Source: Candidatus Velthaea sp.
GTDB lineage: Bacteria; Vulcanimicrobiota; Vulcanimicrobiia; Vulcanimicrobiales; Vulcanimicrobiaceae
DNA length: 64,000 bases
Direction: 5' to 3'
Assembly (NCBI GenBank): GCA_050012475.1
Contig: JBEKHC010000040.1
Location: 1 to 64,000 of the forward strand
The notes under the pieces are model-generated. The model worked only from the letters and a program-made list of their open reading frames with translations, had not been told where the DNA came from and ran no database searches. The number at the start of each line of letters is the position of its first letter. Position 1 is the first letter of the stretch. This document shows, one piece after another, positions 39,760-49,468 of this stretch. The position numbers and the translations under genes are program-made.

Positions 39760-40228
39760 AGTCACCCGTTACGGCTGCTGCGATCGTCGCAATGTCGATC
39801 TTCATCTGCATCATTGCATCCCTGGCACGGTTGCCGGCCACGCGGTCTGAGCTTCTCACTGCGTCCATGAGCGCACGCGGTACGATTTGCCAGGAAAGAC
39901 CGAACCGGTCCTTGCACCAACCGCAGTCGCTTTCCGAATCACCATAATTGACGATCGCATGCCAGTAGCGGTCAGTTTCGGTTTGGTCGTCGGTGTAGAC
40001 TTGAAACGAGATTGCTCGTCGAAGCTGAATTGCGATCCGCCGTTGAGCCCGAGAAACGGCATGCCGAGCACCGTAAACTCGACCGTCAACACATCGCCTT
40101 CTTTTCCATCGGGATAATCGGACGGAGAGCGATTATCCATCGACGCGGCTGTCGGAGAAGGTCTGCGCATAAATCTGGCGGCGTCTTCCGCATTGCCGTC
40201 GAACCACATGCAGGGAGCGATCTTGTGG
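39760..40228 (-). pseudogene. VOC/PhnB-like (3-dmu-9 3-mt family) protein, several frameshifts
   Basis: KIAPCMWFDGNAEDAARF, VLTVEFTVLG..LNGG, CGWCKDRFGLSWQIVP in shifting frames. Confidence 0.85.
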
Positions 40229-40456
40229 ACCGCGGGATCATTCGCGCAACTTGGGGCACGTCGAAGTATTAGGCAATTAACCGACGCGTCATTCGGTTGA
40301 AACTGGCCGTTTTGCAATATCTGTATGCACTTCAGATAAATCGTTACCGCACCCATGCCCGCAGCTGCGCGTGACATTCGGCACCGCTGGCGATCGCCCG
40401 AGGATAGCAAGCGCGACTGCATCGTGTCGTCCAGGCTGGCGGCTCCGTGGTAGAGC

Positions 40457-40483
40457 TGTCACACTATTCATGCCTGCTTCGTC
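40457..40483 (+). promoter_or_regulatory. ECF41-type promoter
   Basis: TGTCACA-N16-CGTC, 8 nt before the CMD ATG. Confidence 0.85.
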
Positions 40484-40491
40484 TTTGAGCC

Positions 40492-40983
40492 ATGAGTACG
40501 CAACAACGCCTTTCACCTTCCGCAGTTGTGCCCGACGCGCCGCGTTCCTTGCTCGCAGTGACTCGCTATCTCATGGAAAACTCCACAATCGCCGAACGGC
40601 TCCTATCACTCGTGCAGTTGCGAGCTTCACAAATCAACGGCTGCGGCTTCTGCACGGTCTTGCATGCCAACGAAGCGCGGGATGCCGGCGAAACGAACGA
40701 ACGGCTCGTAGCGCTTCCCAGTTGGCGCGAGATACCGTGGTTCAGCGAGCGCGAACAGATCGCGCTTGAATGGACGGAATGCCTCACCAAACTTACCGTC
40801 TGCGATATCAGCGACGAGTTGTACGAGCGCGCCCTTACGGAGTTCGGTGAGCGAAGCCTCATCGAGCTGACGCTCGCGGTAGCGGGGATCAATGCCTGGA
40901 ATCGCCTGAACGTCGCATTCCGCGTGGCGCCGAATGACACGTTCCGCGAGAAACAGGCGCTCGCCCGGCTGACGACAGCATAA
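40492..40983 (+). CDS. Carboxymuconolactone decarboxylase/AhpD-like protein
   Basis: LRASQINGCGFC...H, WRE...FSEREQIAL, INAWNRL. Confidence 0.93.
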   Translation: MSTQQRLSPSAVVPDAPRSLLAVTRYLMENSTIAERLLSLVQLRASQINGCGFCTVLHANEARDAGETNERLVALPSWREIPWFSEREQIALEWTECLTKLTVCDISDELYERALTEFGERSLIELTLAVAGINAWNRLNVAFRVAPNDTFREKQALARLTTA

Positions 40984-41124
40984 CCATCGACCGGGTCACA
41001 TTCTTAGCCGGCGTTCGTGTTGAGAGCGTGAGCGCCAATGGTCATCGTTGGCTCAGGTCTGCGAAACCGGCAGTAACAAAAGCGCGCACCGCCGGGCATG
41101 GCCGTGCGCGCATGGAGGATTACT

Positions 41125-42639
41125 TTGCAACAACCTAAGAACGACATCGACGTCTTTATCGTGGGTGCCGGGCCCGTCGGGCTTTTTCTCGCGAACGAAT
41201 GTGCGCGCCGCTCGCTGCGGTGGCGCATCATCGAACAGCAATCGGGCCAGTCGCAGCATTCCAAGGCACTGGCAATCATGCCGCGCACGTTGGAGATCTT
41301 CGATATGGCCGGCGTCGTCGCGCCGTTCCTTGATGCGGCAAACCGCGTCACGTCGGCGGCGATCGTCGCGAATCGCCAGAGACTCGCACATATCGCCTTC
41401 GCGCCGGCGAACAGTTCCTATCCGTTCGTCGCCATGGTTCCGCAAAATGTCACCGAGACGCTGCTCGTCGACGCGCTGCGGCGCAAGGGCGGAGCGGTCG
41501 AGTATGAAACGTCGCTCGAGTCAGCAGTCCAGCGCAGCGACGGTGTTGACGTCACGGTCGAACACCACGGCCGGCGTTCATCGGTTAGCGCAGCGTTTGT
41601 CGTCGGTTGCGACGGACCGCACAGCACGGTCAGACATCTGCTCGACCTCAAGTTTGAAGGAGCAGAGTACCGGGCGACCTTCATGCTCGCTGACGTCGAA
41701 ACAAACGCTGCACTTCCCGGCGACGAGATGCAACTTTGCACGCACGGAGATGGGCCGTTGGCGATTTTCCCAATGAGCAGGACGCACCGAAGAGTCATTG
41801 CCACCATCGACAGACGCGAAGGTGCGGCGCCGCAGCTCGAGCTGGTGCGCTCACTGCTCGCGCAACGAGCGCCCGAAGGAATCGAGGCACGCTCGCTATT
41901 CTGGAGCAGCTATTTTACAATCCACCATCGACAAGTGGCCCAATTACGCGTGGGACGCATCTTTGTCGCCGGCGATGCCGGCCACATCCATAGCCCATTC
42001 GGCGCACAAGGGATGAATACCGGGCTCCAAGACGTATGGAATCTCGCCTGGAAACTCGATCTGGCTGCGCACGGTCGCGCCAGTGAAGAGCTCATCGAGA
42101 GCTATTCCGCCGAGCGCCGCCCCGTCATCAAGCACGTCATCGAGGTCACGGATCTCCTCACCAAGGCAATGGGTACACCGAGCCGGTTTGCGCAGAGCAT
42201 TCGTGACATCATGATTCCGGTCGTGTCCAAGCTTCCGCTTTTCCAGCAGGGCTTCGTGCAGACGCTTTCAGAACTCGGCATCGCTTACCACGGAAGCCCG
42301 ATCGTCCTAGGCGGCGGCAACCGTTACTTTGACGAGTCACTCCGTGGCGGAAACGGCATCGGCAGCCGGTTTCTCCTCTTCGTCGGTTCCGACGCGGGTT
42401 CGAGCATCGCTGCTGAGGCGAAGCGTCTTGCCGAAGACTTTCACGACATCGTCGAGCTGCGCACGCGCCTGCAACACGGCGTCGCGCTCGTGCGTCCCGA
42501 TGGTTACACGGCATACGAATCGGCGATCGGCTCGACGCCGAACAGTCTCGCCGCGGTATGGGAAGTATTGGGAAGACAAATCATTGATTCCGGCGACGGC
42601 GCCGTGGAATCGGCGCTGGTCACAGCGGGCGCAGGGTGA
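41125..42639 (+). CDS. FAD-dependent monooxygenase (PheA/TfdB-like)
   Basis: GAGPVG, VGCDG, AGDAGHIHSPFGAQGMNTG, VRPDGY; GGAGG plus TTG start. Confidence 0.92.
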   Translation: MQQPKNDIDVFIVGAGPVGLFLANECARRSLRWRIIEQQSGQSQHSKALAIMPRTLEIFDMAGVVAPFLDAANRVTSAAIVANRQRLAHIAFAPANSSYPFVAMVPQNVTETLLVDALRRKGGAVEYETSLESAVQRSDGVDVTVEHHGRRSSVSAAFVVGCDGPHSTVRHLLDLKFEGAEYRATFMLADVETNAALPGDEMQLCTHGDGPLAIFPMSRTHRRVIATIDRREGAAPQLELVRSLLAQRAPEGIEARSLFWSSYFTIHHRQVAQLRVGRIFVAGDAGHIHSPFGAQGMNTGLQDVWNLAWKLDLAAHGRASEELIESYSAERRPVIKHVIEVTDLLTKAMGTPSRFAQSIRDIMIPVVSKLPLFQQGFVQTLSELGIAYHGSPIVLGGGNRYFDESLRGGNGIGSRFLLFVGSDAGSSIAAEAKRLAEDFHDIVELRTRLQHGVALVRPDGYTAYESAIGSTPNSLAAVWEVLGRQIIDSGDGAVESALVTAGAG

Positions 42640-42702
42640 TGATGGCAGCCGGACGGCGGGCATCTGGTTCGTTGAGAACCAGGTGCGGCGGAGGCAGCAG
42701 AT

Positions 42703-43647
42703 ATGCGGAATTTTTCCACCGAGTCAACGGCAACGCCCGAGCGCGATGTTGCGACCTACCGGCCGCGGCTCTTCGGGCTCGCTTATCGGATGCTCGGCAG
42801 CCCGACGGACGCCGACGATGCCGTGCAAGAGGCACTCGTGCGGTGGCAAAGCATCGATCGGACTTCGATCCGCAACCCGGAGGGGTGGCTGGTGACGGCG
42901 ACGACGCGCGTCGCGCTTGACCGGCTGCGCGCTTTACAAGCGGAGCGGCGGCGCTACGTCGGTCCTTGGATCCCCGAGCCGGTTATCGAAGATTCCGCCG
43001 GCGACCCTGCCCATCACGCCGAGGTCGTCGAGGACATTTCCGTTGCCGCGCTTCTCATGCTCGAGCGGCTCACTCCTGATGAACGAGCCGCCCTGCTTCT
43101 TCACGACGTTTTTTCCTACCGTCATTGCGAGATCGCGGCAACACTGGGGCGTACCGAGGAGGCAATACGGCAGATCGTGCATCGCGCTCGGCAGCGTATC
43201 CGGACCGGCCGGCGTCGGTTCACGGTCGATCCACGAGCCGCTACAGCGCTCGTCGACCGGTTCGTCAATGCCTTCGAGGCCGGCGATCAAAAAGAACTGC
43301 AAAGCGTGCTCGCTGCGGACGTTACCCAACTTGCCGACGGAGGCGGCGTCATCTCGGTGGGGTGCCGGCCGGTCACCGGTCTCGAACGAGTCGTGCGCCT
43401 GTGGCTCGGCCTGCGGGCGAAGCAGTTCAAATCCTGCAGCCTTGCACACGCCAAAGTCGGCGGTCAGCCCGGCTTGATACTTCGCGACGCTGCGGGCGTC
43501 ATGCGTGGCGTTATCGCAATCGTGACGGACCAAACATCGATCGTCAGCTTGTATGTTATCCTGGCCCCCGATAAAGTCTCCCGCGCGCACGACCGTTGGA
43601 TGGCTTCCGGCACGCTGCTCTGCTCGACGTCCTCGGGCTCAGCATGA
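42703..43647 (+). CDS. ECF41/SigJ-type sigma factor with SnoaL-like extension
   Basis: LAYRMLGS..DADD, YVGPWIPEP linker, DGGG, APDK (NPDK variant). Confidence 0.92.
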   Translation: MRNFSTESTATPERDVATYRPRLFGLAYRMLGSPTDADDAVQEALVRWQSIDRTSIRNPEGWLVTATTRVALDRLRALQAERRRYVGPWIPEPVIEDSAGDPAHHAEVVEDISVAALLMLERLTPDERAALLLHDVFSYRHCEIAATLGRTEEAIRQIVHRARQRIRTGRRRFTVDPRAATALVDRFVNAFEAGDQKELQSVLAADVTQLADGGGVISVGCRPVTGLERVVRLWLGLRAKQFKSCSLAHAKVGGQPGLILRDAAGVMRGVIAIVTDQTSIVSLYVILAPDKVSRAHDRWMASGTLLCSTSSGSA

Positions 43648-43991
43648 CGAGTACGTGCAACCCGGCGCATTCGACGAGCTTGCGCAACTCAACCGATGGA
43701 GCTACCGCTTCAGGTGGTGTCCACCCGGCCGTTCGGAGGCCGTAATGATCGCAACTCGCCAGCGCCGGTGCGCCAGCATTCGAACCCGAGGTCGCGCAAC
43801 ATGCCACATCCGCGGGCGGCGCTCACCATCCGCGGGCGGTCATCACCCTTAAGCAAGCGATTGCTCGAAGAAACGGCCAGCCGCACCACTATTCCGGCGC
43901 TCCGCAACACGGTGAAGCGTGAAGGGCATGCAGGTTGTTTCTTAGGCAACGGCAATTCGGCAAACCACGTTTTGTTTTAAAGGCGGTTCTC

Positions 43992-45215
43992 ATGGGACAC
44001 GCTGTTCGTTGTTTGACGATCGCATTAGCTTTGTCGCTGACGATCGTAGCGGCTCCTCGCGCACTCGTTTGGGCTGATTCAGGCGACACGATCAAGATTG
44101 CCGTCATGAACGATCAATCGGGCGTTTACGCGGCAATCGACGGTCGCAACGGCGTTGCCGCGACGCAGATGGCTGTCGACGACTTCGGCGGCGCGGTCTT
44201 GGGAAACAAGATCGAAGTCGTTGGGATCGATCACCACAACAACCCGGCCGAAGCTGCGACGAGGGCGAGCGAATTTTACGACGCAGGCGGCAGCCTGGTC
44301 CTGGATCTCACCAGTTCGGGCGCGGCCCTCGCGGTCTCCAGTGTGGGCAAGGAAAAGCACAAGCTCGTCATCGTAACCGGCGCGGGTTCGTCGGCGCTGA
44401 CCGGCGCCAGCTGCGATAAGTATACGTATCACTACGCATATGACACGTACGCGCTCGCTCATTCAACCGGCGCGAACATTGCTTCGCAAAAGAACGGTAA
44501 AACCTGGTATGTGATTTACCCGACGTACGCGTTCGGAACGCAGATGCTGACCGATTTCGGGGATGCAGTGAAGGCTGCCGGCGGCAGCATTATCAAAGCA
44601 GACGGTGCACCGCTCGGAACGAGCGATTTCTCGTCGTACATGTTGGCCGCTCGTAACGCGAAGCCACAAGTACTAGGCGTTTTCAGCGCGGGCGCAGATA
44701 TGGTGAATACCGTCAAAGCAGCTGCCCAGTTTGGGCTGAACCGGGATGCGAAAATCGCCATCGGGCTGTTATTTCTCACGGATGTCGATGCGCTGCCGGA
44801 GGTGTTTACCAATTCCCGCATTACGACATCGTGGTATTGGGACGAAGATGCCGCGTCCCGGGCGTGGGCTGACAAATACACCAAGCTCGTTGGCGGCGGC
44901 CAACGCCCTAGCGACATCGTTGCCGCAAACTACTCTGCGACGATGCAATATCTCGAGGCGGTAAAGGCCGTTGGAAGCAGCGATCCGGACAAGATCGTCG
45001 CCTACCTTGATGGGCGAACCTTCAACGACTTTTATGCCCATCACGCTCAATGGCGAGCAAGAGATCATCGAGTCGTGCACGACATGTACGTCGTCGACAT
45101 CCTCGCCAAGGACAAGCTGCGCTCGCCGCATGCTTGGTTCAATATCGTTGAAACGGTTCCGCCGGATCGCGCATTCCGACCCGAGTCGGCATCTCTGTGC
45201 ACGAAGGATTGGTAA
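43992..45215 (+). CDS. Branched-chain-amino-acid-type ABC substrate-binding protein, stand-alone
   Basis: IKIAVMNDQSGVYA, YAFG, PLGTSDFSSY, DHRVVHDMY. Confidence 0.9.
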   Translation: MGHAVRCLTIALALSLTIVAAPRALVWADSGDTIKIAVMNDQSGVYAAIDGRNGVAATQMAVDDFGGAVLGNKIEVVGIDHHNNPAEAATRASEFYDAGGSLVLDLTSSGAALAVSSVGKEKHKLVIVTGAGSSALTGASCDKYTYHYAYDTYALAHSTGANIASQKNGKTWYVIYPTYAFGTQMLTDFGDAVKAAGGSIIKADGAPLGTSDFSSYMLAARNAKPQVLGVFSAGADMVNTVKAAAQFGLNRDAKIAIGLLFLTDVDALPEVFTNSRITTSWYWDEDAASRAWADKYTKLVGGGQRPSDIVAANYSATMQYLEAVKAVGSSDPDKIVAYLDGRTFNDFYAHHAQWRARDHRVVHDMYVVDILAKDKLRSPHAWFNIVETVPPDRAFRPESASLCTKDW

Positions 45216-45240
45216 GCACACGTCCGCCCCAAGCGGACGG

Positions 45241-46527
45241 CTAGGATGGCTGATCGCGTTTCGCCGCGTCGTTATCCCGCCGAATGATGGCACCGAAGAG
45301 CAGCATTCCGATGCAGAAGCCGATGAGAGAACCCAGCCCGAGCCGCAGCCCATGCGCTTGCGCGATCGCACCGATCAGCGGCGGCCCCAAGATGAAGCCG
45401 GCATAACCGATCGTCGAAACCGTCGCGATCGCGCTGCCGGCGCCGAGCCGGCCTGCGGCACCGAACAGGATCGGGATGACGTTCGCAAGCGAAGCGCCGA
45501 GCAGCGCGAACCCCGCGATCGCGCACCAGGCGTTCGGTGCGGCGACGACGAGCGTCGTAGCCAAGAGCGCACTCAAACCGCACAGTCGCAGTAGCTTCGC
45601 GGATGGTACCGCGGACTGAATGCGGTCGCCGACGACGCGGCCCACGGCCATCGCGAGTGAAAAGCTCGTGTATGCCAACGGCGCGACAAACGGCAGCGTG
45701 TCGAAGACCGTGCGCAGATACACTCCGGACCAATCGGCGGCCGCGCCTTCGCCGACCAGCCCGCAAAACGCCGCACCTCCAAGCGCAAACACGACCAATC
45801 TGGAGCGTAACGCGGGAACGACGGCGGTGCGCACCGGACCCGCAGCCGTCGAACGGGCGGCATTCCCCGCCGGCGCGTCCCGGCGGTGCGACGGCGGCAG
45901 CCAACGGAAGGTCGGTGCGACGAGCGCGAGCAGTAACAGTGCGGTAGCCGGCAAATCGACCGGCGGAGATCCGCCGAGCCCAAGCGCGAGGCTCGCCGCA
46001 CCGGCACCGGCCATGCCGCCAAAGCTGAAGCACGCGTGAAACGACGAGAAAATCGGCCGGCCGACGCGTTCTTGCAACTCGGACGCAACCGTGTTCATCG
46101 CGACTTCCAGCACGCCGCGACTCGCGCCGAAGGCCACGGCCGCCGCAACAAGCGCGCCCAGGCTTCCGGCGATGCCCGGCAACGCCAAGGCCGGCAGACT
46201 CAAAACTGCGCCGACCACCGACAACCGTCGCGAGGCGATGCGCCGCGAAAGCGCGCCCGTGAGCGGCATACTGGTTATCGCTCCGGTGAAGAGGCCGAAG
46301 AGCACGAGCGAAAGCGCTGCGGGACTGAGGTCGAGTGCGGCCCGGATCGCCGCGATGTGGCCCGCCCACATGCCGAACGCAAATCCGTCGACAATGAAGA
46401 GCATGCTGACCGCGAACCGCGCAGCGCTCGTCGACGATGGCGTGCCGATAAGCCAGAAACGTCGGCGCGCCCGAGCTCGAACGGTCGAGTTCGCGCTCGA
46501 AGCGGGCGCTTGCAAATGTTTGGGCAC
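45241..46527 (-). CDS. MFS transporter (start uncertain)
   Basis: Multi-TM; FHACFSFG, EGAAADWS, GYAGFILGPPLIG. Confidence 0.88.
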   Translation of the reverse strand: MPKHLQAPASSANSTVRARARRRFWLIGTPSSTSAARFAVSMLFIVDGFAFGMWAGHIAAIRAALDLSPAALSLVLFGLFTGAITSMPLTGALSRRIASRRLSVVGAVLSLPALALPGIAGSLGALVAAAVAFGASRGVLEVAMNTVASELQERVGRPIFSSFHACFSFGGMAGAGAASLALGLGGSPPVDLPATALLLLALVAPTFRWLPPSHRRDAPAGNAARSTAAGPVRTAVVPALRSRLVVFALGGAAFCGLVGEGAAADWSGVYLRTVFDTLPFVAPLAYTSFSLAMAVGRVVGDRIQSAVPSAKLLRLCGLSALLATTLVVAAPNAWCAIAGFALLGASLANVIPILFGAAGRLGAGSAIATVSTIGYAGFILGPPLIGAIAQAHGLRLGLGSLIGFCIGMLLFGAIIRRDNDAAKRDQPS

Positions 46528-46532
46528 CGCGA

Positions 46533-47321
46533 TCAAACCAGCTCGATCGAAACGCCAGCCTCGCGGAGAGATGCCGTCGTCGCCGCCGGCGCTTCGGTTG
46601 CAGTCACGATTTTCTCGAGCGCTGCAACGGGAGCGATCCGAAACGGCGCGCACGTACCGAGTTTCTCCGGCGTGACCAGCGCGATAGCGCGCGCGCTCGA
46701 TGCAATCGCCGCACGTTGCAAATGGGCATCCTCGGGATCGGCGCTCGCGATCCCGAAAGTGGCGTCGATCGCGCACGTTCCCAGCAGCACCAAGTCGAAG
46801 CGCATGGATTGGATCGCTTCAACCGCGACGGCGCCGAGCGTGAGCGCATGGCGAGGCGAAAACCGGCCGCCGATGAGGATACATTCGACGCGGCGCGGCG
46901 ATCGGCCGACCTCGAGCGCCACTTGCGGATCGTTGGTCACGAGCGTGAACGGTGTCTGGGCGGCCAGTGATCGCGCGACTTGCAAGATGGTCGTGCCGCC
47001 GTACAACATCACGGTCATATCCCGCTGCACCAGTCTCGCGCCGGCCTCACCCAGACGCCGCTTCAGCGGCGCGTCGCGCTCGCTGCGTTCGCTGTAGCTG
47101 CCCAGCGCGGGACTGATGGGTAACGCACCGCCATGCACGCGCCGCAGCAAGCCCTCTCGTTCCAGCTGCTCGAGGTCGCGGCGGATCGTGTCGTCCGAAA
47201 CGCCCAGATCGCGCGCAATGCGCAACGAGAGGATTCGCTGCTCACGGGCCAACGTCGAGAGCAGGTGGTCGCGGCGTTCATGAGCGCCCAGAGACGGTTC
47301 GATCGATAACGAGCGCGGCAT
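46533..47321 (-). CDS. DeoR/GlpR family regulator
   Basis: VSDDTIRRDL..L...GLLRRVHGGA, GGTT, EKLG. Confidence 0.92.
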   Translation of the reverse strand: MPRSLSIEPSLGAHERRDHLLSTLAREQRILSLRIARDLGVSDDTIRRDLEQLEREGLLRRVHGGALPISPALGSYSERSERDAPLKRRLGEAGARLVQRDMTVMLYGGTTILQVARSLAAQTPFTLVTNDPQVALEVGRSPRRVECILIGGRFSPRHALTLGAVAVEAIQSMRFDLVLLGTCAIDATFGIASADPEDAHLQRAAIASSARAIALVTPEKLGTCAPFRIAPVAALEKIVTATEAPAATTASLREAGVSIELV

Positions 47322-47440
47322 TTTGCGGTATTTTGCGGAATTCCGAACAAACCCTCTGCGCACACCGCAGAAAGGCCGGTGAATGCCGCAACCGGTCGCG
47401 CCTGGGCTGCCGCGTTGAGATCGCTATCGATCAAATACGC

Positions 47441-47486
47441 TTGACGAAACTATTTATAATAGCTTAAAACTACTACACATAGTTTT
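47441..47486 (+). promoter_or_regulatory. Promoter region with two tandem TetR-type operators
   Basis: TTGACG 47441; AAACTA-N7-TAGCTT (47447-47465) and AAAACTA-N7-TAGTTTT (47466-47486). Confidence 0.75.
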
Positions 47487-47505
47487 GCTGAGAGGATGGC
47501 CCGAA

Positions 47506-48333
47506 ATGACGCACCAGCTGAAGCTTCCCGGCGGCACCATTGCGTACGACGATCGCGGAACAGGACCACTGGTAATCTGCGTGCCCGGCATGGGTGACCT
47601 CCGCTCGACGTACCGATTCTCGACACCGCTGTTCGCTGGGGCCGGCTATCGAGTGGTGTGCCTTGATGTTCGCGGAATGGGCGAGACGTCGGTTTCCTGG
47701 GATGATTACTCGGTTGGGGCGATCGGCGGCGATATCGTCAATCTCGTCGAAGCTCTCGGGGCCGGCCCCGCGCATGTGGTCGGGAATTCGATGGCCGCCG
47801 GCGCCGCGGTTGTGGCGGCCGCGCGCCGCCCGGATCTTGTGCGCAGCGTGACGCTCACGGCTCCCTTCGTTCGCGACATCATGCCGGCGTGGGCAGCCGC
47901 CGCGATTTTCGGTCCAATGCTCAGCGGACCGTGGCGCGCGGCGCTCTGGAACTGGTACATGCGCATAGCGTTTCCAACGCGGGTTGCGCCCGATCAAGCC
48001 GACGAGACGCTGCGGCGTAATCGCAATCTCGCCGAGCCCGGCCGTTTTGATGCGTTCCGGCGCATGGCGCTCGCGTCCAAACGTGCGTCGGCCGAGCGCC
48101 TCGCTGACGTGACTGTTCCGGTGCTCGTCGTAATGGGAACGCGCGATCCGGATTTCCCAAATCCGGCAAAAGAAGCACGGCACGTCGCAGGCTCACTGCA
48201 CGGCAAACTTCTGATGGTCGAGGGAGCCGGGCACTACCCGCAGGCTGATTCGCCCGATGTGTTTACCGCAGGGTTGCTCGATTTTTTTGGCAGCGTTGAT
48301 GCCGCGCGGCCGGCCGTGATTCATGGCTCGTAG
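47506..48333 (+). CDS. Alpha/beta hydrolase
   Basis: VPGMGD, GNSMA, GTRDPDF, EGAGHYP. Confidence 0.92.
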   Translation: MTHQLKLPGGTIAYDDRGTGPLVICVPGMGDLRSTYRFSTPLFAGAGYRVVCLDVRGMGETSVSWDDYSVGAIGGDIVNLVEALGAGPAHVVGNSMAAGAAVVAAARRPDLVRSVTLTAPFVRDIMPAWAAAAIFGPMLSGPWRAALWNWYMRIAFPTRVAPDQADETLRRNRNLAEPGRFDAFRRMALASKRASAERLADVTVPVLVVMGTRDPDFPNPAKEARHVAGSLHGKLLMVEGAGHYPQADSPDVFTAGLLDFFGSVDAARPAVIHGS

Positions 48334-48976
48334 ACCGGGCCTCGATCGTCGTGCCATCATCGAAGAGGCGGCGGCGCTTGCTGACGAGTTGGGTCTGGAA
48401 AACGTTACGTTAGCCAACCTTGCGGAACGCCTCAAGATCCGTCCGCCATCGCTCTACAACCACATCGCCGGTACCGACGAACTGCACGCTGGGCTCGCGT
48501 TGCTCGGCGTGCGGACACTGCAGACGGAGATCGCGCGCGCCGCGATCGGCCGGAACGGAGTCGAAGGCGTCATCGCTGTAGCCGACGCATATCGCCGCTT
48601 TGCTAAATCGCGCCCGGGACTGTATCGCGCCACGCTCAGCGCGCCGGAACAGACCGACGTCGAACGAATCGCCGTCGCCTCAGAAATCCTGGACGTCATG
48701 CGGGCGGTGATGCTGCCGCTGCAACTTCGCGGAGACGAAGTCATCCACGCCATGCGCGCGCTGCGAAGCCTCATGCACGGGTTCGTTTCCCTCGAGGCGG
48801 TACACGGATTCGGCTTGCCGCAAGATGTCGACGAGAGCTTTCGCTTCATGCTCTTAGCGTTCGTCCGTGCCTTCGATCCGGACCGCATCGCCGCTGTACC
48901 AGAACTGAGCCTGCTCGATGCAGCTCCGCCAAAGAAGCCGCAACCAAAAGCCCATCCTTCGCCAATGCCGTTATAG
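48323..48976 (+). CDS. TetR family regulator (WHG-type C-terminus)
   Basis: LAERLKIRPPSLYNH, HGFVSLE. Confidence 0.92.
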   Translation: MARRPGLDRRAIIEEAAALADELGLENVTLANLAERLKIRPPSLYNHIAGTDELHAGLALLGVRTLQTEIARAAIGRNGVEGVIAVADAYRRFAKSRPGLYRATLSAPEQTDVERIAVASEILDVMRAVMLPLQLRGDEVIHAMRALRSLMHGFVSLEAVHGFGLPQDVDESFRFMLLAFVRAFDPDRIAAVPELSLLDAAPPKKPQPKAHPSPMPL

Positions 48977-49468
48977 GGATTCGACGCACTCTCGTGTTGC
49001 AAAGGCCATCTGGGAAGCCCATCGCCGCACGCGAGCAAAGAAGCACCCAGATGGCGAGTCGACCTTGACATCCCGGCCGCATTCTCGAAACTCGTCGAGA
49101 AGCGGTCTGATCGAGATACACAATCGAGAAAGGTTTTCGAGCAGACCGAGCCCTTGTTGTGCCGATAGGCTCGCCATGCACCGGGGCGTTCTCAGAACGA
49201 CCGTTTATAGGAAAGCCGGCAAGGGCTGCCGTGACGAGGAGTAGCCGAGCCGGACCAGTCGCAGCACGCGCTCAGTGATTCGTCGCGTTGCAGTCAGCGT
49301 CGGCCGGTCAAGACGAAAGCTCGTCGGCTGCGCCGCTCTGATGTCCGATCACGATCGACGTTTCGACTCGACTCGGCGCGTCGGACCCATTCGCGAACTC
49401 GACGAATCCAGCACGCGTTCGCGGCACCGGAGTTGAAACAATCTAATTCACGTCGCCGTAGGACGGCT

